Of a stretch of 64,000 nt of DNA, positions 11,329-20,891 are shown one piece after another. The notes under the pieces are model-generated. The model did not search any database. It was not told the DNA's origin and saw nothing but the letters and a program-made list of their open reading frames with translations. A program made the position numbers and the translations under genes. Location of the stretch: the NCBI GenBank assembly GCA_024704765.1, contig JAKMXF010000022.1, positions 697,055-761,054 of the forward strand, written 5' to 3'. Position 1 is the stretch's first letter; the number at the start of each line of letters is the position of its first letter. The stretch comes from Oopsacas minuta (Eukaryota; Animalia; Porifera).

Positions 11329-13137
11329 ATGGAATTTGACGATAACAGAAGGTCTCATCCTACTCAGAACAAAAGATCCCTTCCCCCAGATTTGGTTGCT
11401 CCATCTAGCAAGAGAATGAATAGAGGGGATAGAGTGGCTAAAGATAGTGAAGATATACCTGAAAAAGAGGCATCTACTGAAGATCAAATGCAATATTGGA
11501 TTGCCCTTAAACGGACTATTTCCGGCATTATTAATAAAGTTAATGTGTCAAACATCGGGAAAATTGTTAAAGAACTGTTTAACGCGAATATTGTTAGAGG
11601 TAGTGGTTTTCTAGCACACAGGATTATTCTAGCACAACAATTCTCTCCGGTATTCAGTCAGGTGTATGCGTGTCTAGTAGCGATTGTTAATACTAAACTC
11701 CCTACTAACGGAGAGTTGATTCTACACAGACTTGTAAACCAATTCAAAAAGAGTTACAAACGTAAGAATAAGAACGATTGTGTTGCAACAGTTAAATTCA
11801 TTGCACATCTAGTTAACCAGGGTGTAGCACATGAACTCCTTGCATTGCAGGTATTGACACTGTTGCTAGAAACTCCCACTGATGACAGTGTAGAATTGTG
11901 TATAGCATTCTTGAAGGAATGTGGCATGAAACTTAAAGATGTAAGCTCACGTGCATTCACTGCTGTCAATGATACTTTAAGAAATGTGTTACATGAAGGA
12001 AAGCTGCAGAAAAGGAATCTGTATATCGTAGAGACGTATCTTAAGATTCTCAAGGATGGATTCAAGGAACATCCCCCTATCATACCTTCCTTGGATCTGG
12101 TATCAGAGGAGGACCAGATTACCCACTTAGTGTCTCTTGAAGATAACTTAGAGTTACACACTGAACTTAATATATTCAAAATGGATCCTGAATTCTTACA
12201 GAATAATGAGAAGTATGAGCAGTTGAAGGCTGCTATTCTAGGAGATGGGAATGAAGGAGAGACAGAAGGATCTGGTGATGACGAGAGTAGTGACGAAGAT
12301 AAAGGAGAAATTCTTGACAACACGAGTACTAATATGGACCAGTTTAAGAGAACAATGTATTTGACTCTGATGTCTAGTATTAATTACGAAGAAACTGTAC
12401 ATAAGATTATTTGCATGAAACTTCCATCTGGTTCTGAGAGACAGGTACTCGATATGATCCAAGAGTGTGCCTGTCGGGAACGTTCCTATATGAAGTACTT
12501 TGGTCTAACTTCACAGAGACTGTGTATACTAAAAAAACCCTATATGGATGCAGCAGAGGTCTCCTTTAGAGAGTCATTCGCTACTATACATCGGTTGGAA
12601 TCTAAAATGCTTAGAAATGCAGCTAGATACTTCGCACAACTATTATACTCAGACGCTATACCATGGTCATCTCTAGAATGTATTCAGTTGAATGAAGAGG
12701 ATACTAATGCTTCTAGTCGTATATTCATTAAGATATTATTCCAAGAACTAGCCAAGTATATGGGACTAGTTAAGTTAAATGAGAGATTGAATGATCCTTC
12801 TTTAGCTCCATTCTTCGAAGGAATATTCTCAAAGGGTAACCCTAAACATTCCCGTTTCTCTGTCAATTTCTTCACAACGATTGGCCTGGGTGGACTCACT
12901 GAGAGTCTTAGGGAATACTTGAAGACAACAGCTGCTCTTCGAGTGGATGATGACGATTCAAGTTCTGACGATAATAATTCAGGTGATGAATCCTCTGAGG
13001 AGAATGTTAATGATTCGCTCCTGGTGAAACATAAGGAGTACAAATTTCAAGAGTTTACCTGTGTTCAAAACTTAATATTAAACTATAGACAAATGTATTT
13101 TAATTTCAAGTTTTCTAAAATATTAATCAGACGCTAG
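11329..13137 (+). CDS. CWC22: CWC22 paralog A (MIF4G + MA3, truncated N- and C-termini, foreign C-terminal tail), 602 aa
   Basis: Open ORF; ~11640-12940 almost identical to paralog B; lacks the YIPP motif region and the RS-like tail; from 13021 it reads through an inverted duplicate of 17408-18223. May be a pseudogene. Confidence 0.75.
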   Translation: MEFDDNRRSHPTQNKRSLPPDLVAPSSKRMNRGDRVAKDSEDIPEKEASTEDQMQYWIALKRTISGIINKVNVSNIGKIVKELFNANIVRGSGFLAHRIILAQQFSPVFSQVYACLVAIVNTKLPTNGELILHRLVNQFKKSYKRKNKNDCVATVKFIAHLVNQGVAHELLALQVLTLLLETPTDDSVELCIAFLKECGMKLKDVSSRAFTAVNDTLRNVLHEGKLQKRNLYIVETYLKILKDGFKEHPPIIPSLDLVSEEDQITHLVSLEDNLELHTELNIFKMDPEFLQNNEKYEQLKAAILGDGNEGETEGSGDDESSDEDKGEILDNTSTNMDQFKRTMYLTLMSSINYEETVHKIICMKLPSGSERQVLDMIQECACRERSYMKYFGLTSQRLCILKKPYMDAAEVSFRESFATIHRLESKMLRNAARYFAQLLYSDAIPWSSLECIQLNEEDTNASSRIFIKILFQELAKYMGLVKLNERLNDPSLAPFFEGIFSKGNPKHSRFSVNFFTTIGLGGLTESLREYLKTTAALRVDDDDSSSDDNNSGDESSEENVNDSLLVKHKEYKFQEFTCVQNLILNYRQMYFNFKFSKILIRR

Positions 13138-13836
13138 AATTCGTGAAAATATTTTAAAATGTCAAATATTAACAAATATCATTCAAATACAGAAGATCAA
13201 CAGAAATATGAAGGGAAATGATTTAATACAATCGATACCGCTTGATCGGGTCGTTTTGGTCTTAGATTAGTTTGATCCAATTAAGCGGAGTCAATTGTAT
13301 TTAACATTGTTTAGAATAACTGTTACAAGAAAAATTGAATGGGAACCAGCAGTTATAGCTGAGTATATTACCCCTACAGCACTGATCATGTTCATAGCAG
13401 CCTTGATGAATACAGCAATCTCCACATACCCAACACCAACATTTGCAATCAGGTCCACACATGCCAAGACATGATTCATCTTCATCTGGTGTCTTACTAT
13501 CTTTACACTCAGAATCACTATTACAAAAACTGAATTGACTTAATGTAGCAACATTATTACTGGTGAAGACAGGTTCAACAGGTTGAGATAAGTGAGGGTA
13601 TATTTTAGCTGAGAACTGGAATAATTTCTGTAGAATTGGATAGTGAGTACCTGTATAACCTAGCTCTACCAAACCGAATGACAAAGCGGGGAGGAGTTGT
13701 ACCTCTTCTTGGGCTAGGATTGTACTCCAATCTACTGTAGGATTACCTGACGTCATAGCTCGTGATTTTGCAGAGGATACAAATATTGTAGAAGCTTGAT
13801 GAAGTTTCTTACGATTTACTTTGAATAACTGCGCTT
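13021..13836 (-). pseudogene. Inverted, near-identical copy of 17408-18223 (3' part of the Cys-rich gene plus downstream DNA); lacks start and signal peptide
   Basis: Base-by-base reverse complement (one mismatch seen near 13049); the ORF at 13301-13756 (-) is identical to the last 151 aa of the 17041-17943 protein. Confidence 0.9.
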
Positions 13837-13842
13837 AACAGA

Positions 13843-14019
13843 AAACTTCATCAAGCTTCTACAACATTTGTATCCTCTGCAAAATCACGAGCTATGGCGT
13901 CAGATAATCCTACAGTAGAATGGAGTACAATCCTAGCTCAAGAAGAGGCACAACTCCTCCCCGCTTTTTCATTCGGTTTTGTAGAGCTAGCTTATACACG
14001 TGCTCACTTTCCAATTCTA
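13843..14019 (+). repeat. Diverged forward fragment of the Cys-rich gene (equivalent to 17437-17613); 3' arm of a fold-back with 13631-13807
   Basis: 165/177 identity to 17437-17613 by manual alignment. Confidence 0.9.
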
Positions 14020-14414
14020 GATGTTGGTATAGTATAATGTTTTATTTGTTAATTGTATTCAATTAGTAAATGTTATACGTACATACTGTTGCGAACTCTA
14101 TGTGTTATCTCATTGGCTATGCCGGTTCCTCTGCTCTAGATAATACAGAAATTTTAGCTGAACTAAAAAGTACAACCATAGAAGCTACCTTTGCAGAATG
14201 AGTTTTGTGATTAAGCATAATTATGACTTATGGATGTGTATTTGCTAGAAATCTTACTCAGATGCCTTAGCTGGACTCCCAGCTGTTGGCTAGACCATTT
14301 TGTTCCCCCAAGTGGTTGCACGTACATTATACCAAATTCATTTTACAAGCCTTACGTATTTGGGAAATTTTGATATTATCTCTATTTATCAAGGTACTTT
14401 AGTATTCACTAAAC
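14017..14414 (+). repeat. Duplicated non-coding segment (copy 2) upstream of CWC22 paralog B
   Basis: Near-identical to 10247-10644. Confidence 0.9.
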
Positions 14415-14479
14415 AGTATTAATATTATACTTCAAGATTTCTAATACCCACACGGATATCTTCAACTCTTCCTACGGTT

Positions 14480-16675
14480 ATGGCATCTAACGAGAACAGA
14501 AGTCCTAACAACAGAGAGTATCACCCTCATTCTAGTCAGAGGAACAAACGATCCCTTCCCCCAGATAGGGTTTCTTTATCTAGCAAGCGGATGAATAGAG
14601 GCGATAGAGTGGATCAAGATAATAAAGATAAACCCCAAAAAGATGTCAATCTAAAGTTAAGCGTTATAACAGGAAGCCGCTATATACCACCCGGAAGATT
14701 GAGACAAATGCAAGATCAAATGACTGACAAGTCATCTACTGAATACCAAATGCTATCATGGAATGCATTGAAACGGAGTATTAATGGAATAATTAACAAA
14801 TCTAATGTATCTAACATCGCTAGAATTGTGGAAGAACTGTTCAGTGAGAATTTAGTTAGAGGTCGTGGTCTGCTAGCTCAGAGCATTATGCAAGCTCAAT
14901 TATTCTCTCCTGTATTCAGTCAGGTGTATGCGTGTCTAGTAGCGATTGTTAATACTAAACTCCCTACTAACGGAGAGTTGATTCTACACAGACTTGTAAA
15001 CCAATTCAAAAAGAGTTACAAACGTAAGAATAAGAACGATTGTGTTGCAACAGTTAAATTCATTGCACATCTAGTTAACCAGGGTGTAGCACATGAACTC
15101 CTTGCATTGCAGGTATTGACACTGTTGCTAGAAACTCCCACTGATGACAGTGTAGAATTGTGTATAGCATTCTTGAAGGAGTGTGGCATGAAACTTAAAG
15201 ATGTAAGCTCACGTGCATTCACTGCTGTCAATGATACTTTAAGAAATGTGTTACATGAAGGAAAGCTGCAGAAAAGGAATCTGTATATCGTAGAGACGTA
15301 TCTTAAGATTCTCAAAGATGGATTCAAGGAACATCCCCCTATCATACCTTCCTTGGATCTGGTATCAGAGGAGGACCAGATTACCCACTTAGTGTCTCTT
15401 GAAGATAACTTAGAGTTACACACTGAACTTAATATATTCAAAATGGATCCTGAATTCTTACAGAATAATGAGAAGTATGAGCAGTTGAAGGCTGCTATTC
15501 TAGGAGATGGGAATGAAGGAGAGACAGAAGGATCTGGTGATGACGAGAGTAGTGACGAAGATAAAGGAGAAATTCTTGACAACACGAGTACTAATATGGA
15601 CCAGTTTAAGAGAACAATGTATTTGACTCTGATGTCTAGTATTAATTACGAAGAAACTGTACATAAGATTATTTGCATGAAACTTCCATCTGGTTCTGAG
15701 AGACAGGTACTCGATATGATCCAAGAGTGTGCCTGTCGGGAACGTTCCTATATGAAGTACTTTGGTCTAACTTCACAGAGACTGTGTATACTAAAAAAAC
15801 CCTATATGGATGCAGCAGAGGTCTCCTTTAGAGAGTCATTCGCTACTATACATCGGTTGGAATCTAAAATGCTTAGAAATGCAGCTAGATACTTCGCACA
15901 ACTATTATACTCAGACGCTATACCATGGTCATCTCTAGAATGTATTCAGTTGAATGAAGAGGATACTAATGCTTCTAGTCGTATATTCATTAAGATATTA
16001 TTCCAAGAACTAGCCGAGTATATGGGACTAGTTAAGTTAAATGAGAGATTGAATGATCCTTCTTTAGCTCCATTCTTCGAAGGAATATTCTCAAAGGGTA
16101 ACCCTAAACATTCCCGTTTCTCTGTCAATTTCTTCACAACGATTGGCCTGGGTGGACTCACTGAGAGTCTTAGGGAATACTTGAAGACAACAGCTGCTCT
16201 TCGGGTGGGTGATGACGATACAAGTTCTGATGATTCTGACGACAATAATTCAGGTGATGAATCCTCTGACAGTTCAGTAGCAGCTGATGATGTCGAAGTA
16301 ACAAATTCAGAGATTCAAGAAATTCCTGAGGAGAATGTTAATGATTCAGCTCCTACACTAGGTAGGTATAGAAGGCAAGATAATGCTGAACAAAGAGAGA
16401 GCAGGAGAAGGCTGGAAGCTAATTCAGAGATTCAAGAAACACCTAAAGAGATTATTGATAATCCTACTCCAAAACGATGCAAGAATACACATAAACATGA
16501 TAGTAAACATAGAGAGAGCAGGAATAGACACAATCTTGATGATGCTAAGCATACACACAGCAGGGATAGGAGAAGATATGATCAGGATGACAGACCGCCT
16601 TCACGGAACAGAAGCAGATCTCCTCATAGGGATAAGGCGAGGAAGAGAGAAAGCAAGAAACATGCTAATTACTAA
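14480..16675 (+). CDS. CWC22: CWC22 pre-mRNA splicing factor, full length, intronless, 731 aa
   Basis: RYIPPGRLR motif, MIF4G (WNALKRSINGIINK..ENLVRGRGLL), MA3 domain, RFSVNFFTTIGLGGLT, R/S/D-rich tail. Confidence 0.95.
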   Translation: MASNENRSPNNREYHPHSSQRNKRSLPPDRVSLSSKRMNRGDRVDQDNKDKPQKDVNLKLSVITGSRYIPPGRLRQMQDQMTDKSSTEYQMLSWNALKRSINGIINKSNVSNIARIVEELFSENLVRGRGLLAQSIMQAQLFSPVFSQVYACLVAIVNTKLPTNGELILHRLVNQFKKSYKRKNKNDCVATVKFIAHLVNQGVAHELLALQVLTLLLETPTDDSVELCIAFLKECGMKLKDVSSRAFTAVNDTLRNVLHEGKLQKRNLYIVETYLKILKDGFKEHPPIIPSLDLVSEEDQITHLVSLEDNLELHTELNIFKMDPEFLQNNEKYEQLKAAILGDGNEGETEGSGDDESSDEDKGEILDNTSTNMDQFKRTMYLTLMSSINYEETVHKIICMKLPSGSERQVLDMIQECACRERSYMKYFGLTSQRLCILKKPYMDAAEVSFRESFATIHRLESKMLRNAARYFAQLLYSDAIPWSSLECIQLNEEDTNASSRIFIKILFQELAEYMGLVKLNERLNDPSLAPFFEGIFSKGNPKHSRFSVNFFTTIGLGGLTESLREYLKTTAALRVGDDDTSSDDSDDNNSGDESSDSSVAADDVEVTNSEIQEIPEENVNDSAPTLGRYRRQDNAEQRESRRRLEANSEIQETPKEIIDNPTPKRCKNTHKHDSKHRESRNRHNLDDAKHTHSRDRRRYDQDDRPPSRNRSRSPHRDKARKRESKKHANY

Positions 16676-17040
16676 CTACCCCATGTTTGTGATGGAGTAC
16701 CATCAAATGACAGTTAATTTCTCATAGTTGATAAAAAGGTCAGTAATTTCAATTCAATATTTTCTGGGAAACAATTTAATTTTCAGCATCTTGGCTTCTC
16801 AAGATGTGTGTATCACATGACGTATAGTAGTATCAGGCTGGTAACATTTATGCATCTTCTCTTAAATATTTACTTGTATGTAAATTAGTTCACTGTTATA
16901 ACTTTGTATCCTCCGCATTAATTGTGAAGCTATAAATGCTGTCGAATGGAATCACTGATTTGATGAAATAGGCTTTCTAAGCCTGATAAATATATGACAG
17001 GTGCGTGTAAATTCTTCAATTAATTATTTTCCCGTACAAA

Positions 17041-17943
17041 ATGAACATCAACGTTTCAAATTGTTTGTTGTTGTTGTTGTTGTTGTTGTTGATCTCCTGT
17101 GTGTCGATTGTTCCTGTACAATCTCGATATTTTACAACTTCATACGGGCAAGTTGGTATAGCATATTTGTCTGATAAGAAATTTGAAGGTTCCTTTATAA
17201 GTGATAAGGGAATAGAGATAACATATTTCACAGAATGGGACCATGATTACGAGCATACCAGCCTTACCTCTTCAACAAAGGTTACAATTATATCAAGCTA
17301 TTACGTAGATTATCCTTACAGGCTTGTGCGTGCGCAAAACACTTGGATTCTCCATGACCTGAGTTCTGGCTACTCTTTAGAAGCTAGTTTCCTCTCTCGC
17401 TTAACAGAAGCGCAGTTATTCAAAGTAAATCGTAAGAAACTTCATCAAGCTTCTACAATATTTGTATCCTCTGCAAAATCACGAGCTATGACGTCAGGTA
17501 ATCCTACAGTAGATTGGAGTACAATCCTAGCCCAAGAAGAGGTACAACTCCTCCCCGCTTTGTCATTCGGTTTGGTAGAGCTAGGTTATACAGGTACTCA
17601 CTATCCAATTCTACAGAAATTATTCCAGTTCTCAGCTAAAATATACCCTCACTTATCTCAACCTGTTGAACCTGTCTTCACCAGTAATAATGTTGCTACA
17701 TTAAGTCAATTCAGTTTTTGTAATAGTGATTCTGAGTGTAAAGATAGTAAGACACCAGATGAAGATGAATCATGTCTTGGCATGTGTGGACCTGATTGCA
17801 AATGTTGGTGTTGGGTATGTGGAGATTGCTGTATTCATCAAGGCTGCTATGAACATGATCAGTGCTGTAGGGGTAATATACTCAGCTATAACTGCTGGTT
17901 CCCATTCAATTTTTCTTGTAACAGTTATTCTAAACAATGTTAA
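17041..17943 (+). CDS. Secreted protein with a C-terminal Cys-rich domain, function unknown, 300 aa
   Basis: Signal peptide with a poly-Leu core encoded by (TTG)n; 16 Cys in the last ~75 aa, including CxGMCGPxCxCWxWVCGDCCxHxGCxxHDxCC. Confidence 0.85.
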   Translation: MNINVSNCLLLLLLLLLISCVSIVPVQSRYFTTSYGQVGIAYLSDKKFEGSFISDKGIEITYFTEWDHDYEHTSLTSSTKVTIISSYYVDYPYRLVRAQNTWILHDLSSGYSLEASFLSRLTEAQLFKVNRKKLHQASTIFVSSAKSRAMTSGNPTVDWSTILAQEEVQLLPALSFGLVELGYTGTHYPILQKLFQFSAKIYPHLSQPVEPVFTSNNVATLSQFSFCNSDSECKDSKTPDEDESCLGMCGPDCKCWCWVCGDCCIHQGCYEHDQCCRGNILSYNCWFPFNFSCNSYSKQC

Positions 17944-17946
17944 ATA

Positions 17947-18015
17947 CAATTGACTCCGCTTAATTGGATCAAACTAATCTAAGACCAAAACGACCCGATC
18001 AAGCGGTATCGATTG
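17947..18015. mobile_element. 69-bp TA-flanked MITE just after the Cys-rich gene stop (also copied in the inverted segment)
   Basis: Imperfect TIRs CAATTGACTCCGCTTAAT / ATCAAGCGGTATCGATTG with TA flanks; related motif GACTCCGCTTAAT in WIPI2 intron 3. Confidence 0.6.
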
Positions 18016-18446
18016 TATTAAATCATTTCCCTTCATATTTCTGTTGATCTTCTGTATTTGAATGATATTTGTTAATATTTGACATTTTAAAATATTTTCA
18101 CGAATTCTAGCGTCTGATTAATATTTTAGAAAACTTGAAATTAAAATACATTTGTCTATAGTTTAATATTAAGTTTTGAACACAGGTAAACTCTGGAAAT
18201 TTGTACTCCTTATGTTTCACCAGAAATTGATATTGATTCATCAAAGTGATTCAATGTCTCATTGAAAATGTGTATGACTATTATCCGTATCCTTTATTCA
18301 TGCGTCCTAACAGTTATATAATTATAATTTGTAACATACGAAATTGGCTTTTGAATGCTTATATTCTAATTTAGCGTTTCCGCATTTGTTGTTTCCCTAA
18401 TATATAATTTCGCCATCCAATCCGTATGAATTAAACCGTTAGTATA

Positions 18447-18896
18447 ATGTCTTATTGCACAAAAGATGGACAAGATAAAGCCATATTCTTAACGGAAGAG
18501 GATTATGAAAAACCAGGGATGTTATACACTCTGACAATCAATGAGAATGAGTGGGGGATAATCCTACCTACTGGAGACATAAATTGGAAATGTCCTTGTC
18601 TGGGAGGTATTGCGGACTCTCCGTGTGGAGAAGAATTCAAAGATGCTTTCACTTGTTTCCATTATAGTGAGGGAGAAATAAAAGGTGCTGAATGCATTGA
18701 GTCTTTTAAAAAGTTTCAAACTTGTGTTGAGGCACACCCTGGGGTGTATGGGGATATGGGTTCGGATGAGGATGAGGAGAAAGGGGAACATAAAGATTCA
18801 GAGAGCATCAAACTCGATCATTCAGACATCTCATCAGAAGGACAAATTTCGCGTGATAATACCAGCAACGACACAACAGCAATAGTACCAAAATAG
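18447..18896 (+). CDS. CHCHD4: Mitochondrial IMS import oxidoreductase MIA40, intronless
   Basis: GDINWKCPCLGG (CPC motif) followed by twin CX9C (PCGEEFKDAFTCF..ECIESFKKFQTC). Confidence 0.95.
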   Translation: MSYCTKDGQDKAIFLTEEDYEKPGMLYTLTINENEWGIILPTGDINWKCPCLGGIADSPCGEEFKDAFTCFHYSEGEIKGAECIESFKKFQTCVEAHPGVYGDMGSDEDEEKGEHKDSESIKLDHSDISSEGQISRDNTSNDTTAIVPK

Positions 18897-19099
18897 ATCA
18901 TTTCTTTTGTTTAGTCTAGGATTTGTAATTCCCTATTTTTCATTTCGATCTGATACCATTTACCACTATCTTACGTATTCATGATTAGTACAGTAGATAC
19001 CGGCGATTCTAATGCCCGTGATCCACGTATACTTACATTCTTAATTATTTAATATTAATCTAGCAACTAGCTTTCGCTCCTATAATCTTATATAATTTG

Positions 19100-20891
19100 A
19101 TGGCATCTGTGGAGCCTACTAATCCTCTTCCACACAGTCAAGGCATTATAGGAGGATTACACTTTATTGGATTCAATCAAGACAATACTTCTCTTATGGC
19201 GGGTACTAGTCTAGGGTATAGACTCATCAGCTGGCAGGATGCTAATTCAGTTGAAGACACTACTGAATCTTCTGGGAAAGATGTGTGTACCTATTATAAA
19301 AAATTCTTTAATTAAATCGTAAATATTTATTAGTTATTTTGATAGGGTTTGAGTGTAAATCCCAACAACTCCATCTTCTCAGCTGGGAGTGACGTAGTAT
19401 TAGTAGAGAGATTATTTAATAGCAGTCTCATTGCTATAGTCAATCAGTCTACAAGACGTAAATTGCGTATTTGCCATCACAAGAAAGGCTCTGAGATTTG
19501 TACATATGGATATCCTAACACTATTCTTTCAGTAAAGTTGAATAGACAGAGATTGTTAGTTGTGTTGGAAGAGAGTTTATATATCCATAATATCAAAGAT
19601 ATGAAAGTAAGGAGGATTTAGTTCATAAATTAGAGCAGCAGATCCCAACCTTTTCACCCGTAGACCCAATACTAAATTTATCACAATTGACATCCTGTGG
19701 ACCCTGCTGTGTTGTCCATGAAGCATAAGGGACCTATGGACTCAGGTTGGGAACAGCTGAATTAGAGCAATATTTATTACGTACACTTGTATAGGTCTTA
19801 CACATCATAGGTGACACTCCCCCTAATCCTCTCGGCATATGTGCTCTTTCATACAACTCTGAGAAGAACTATTTAGCATATCCAGGTAGCAGTCAGATAG
19901 GAGAAGTACAAGTATTTGATACAGTGAATCTTAGAGCTGTTACTATGATCCAAGCACACAGCTCTCCACTTGCTGCCCTCTCATTCACAGCTTCAGCTAG
20001 TGCGCTTGCTACTGCCTCTGAGAAAGGAACAGTCATCAGAGTATTCGATATATCTACTGGACAGAGACTACACGAATTCCGTCGTGGAGTAAAACGCTGT
20101 GTCACAATATACTGTCTTTCTTTCAGCATTGACGAGAGGTTTCTAGCTGCTTCGAGCAATACTGAAACTATCCACGTATTCCTACTGGATGAATCTGCTA
20201 ATGAGGGAGCTGCTGGTACTAACAGTGCTGTGGGAGAGGCTGAAGCACCTCAGGGCTGGTGGGGATACATGGGGAAGGTTATCGTATCTCCGGCTGCTAG
20301 CCTTCTCCCCACACAGGTAAGGCAACTAAAATACAGTCAACTCCCATTATATCGAACATAGATATAGTAGACTCCGCTTAATAGAGCTACCGTTAATCGG
20401 GTCACTTGGCCAGAAACAGTACCATACAAATAGTGTCAAATTAGTCAGGTTATTCAGGCCAATACTTTTATTCCACTTAATCGGGTCAAAATGACCTGGT
20501 CCCGATGTGACCCTATTAAGCACTAGTGACTGACTTTATTATCCATAGTTTCTTCACCAATTATTCACAGGTAACTGATGTGTTTACTCAAGGACGAGCT
20601 CATGCTCAGGCTTACTTACCTAATGCCAGTACTAGGACAATATGTGCAGTGGTTACATTACAAGATAAGCGAGTTGTAATGGTTGCTACGATAGAAGGAA
20701 TGTTGTATATGTATGAACTATCTGACTCTCCAGAAGACGGCTGTAAAATGCTATGCAAACATAATCTAATAGATATGATGAAAAGTAAGCAAACTGCTGG
20801 TGATGAACATTTATCTGACCATCATATACTATCACATAACACAGTAGGGAGTATAGATGATTCTCCACCTAGCACTCACTTCCCTGATTGA
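19100..20891 (+). CDS. WIPI2: WIPI1/2 (ATG18) PROPPIN; exons 19100-19282, 19346-19606, 19795-20316, 20571-20891; 428 aa
   Basis: [54 protein letters not shown] and the phosphoinositide-binding FRRG motif; GT-AG introns in phase. Confidence 0.92.
19636..19759. mobile_element. hAT MITE in WIPI2 intron 2
   Basis: Perfect 8-bp TSD AATTAGAG (19628-19635, 19760-19767); TIRs CAGCAGATCCCAACCT / AGGTTGGGAACAGCTG. Confidence 0.88.
20334..20520. mobile_element. Composite Tc1/mariner MITE remnants in WIPI2 intron 3
   Basis: CAGTCAACTCCCATTATATCGAA followed by TAGTAGACTCCGCTTAATAG..GGGTCAC and a closing GTGACCCTATTAAGC. Confidence 0.5.

Noticed and set aside
11754-16245. Minus-strand ORFs of 74-189 aa over both CWC22 copies, and similar antisense ORFs over MAK16, CNOT3, RACK1, GTSF1, GTF2A1 and PPP5C
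   Set aside because: Antisense shadows of real coding sequence with no domain signal.
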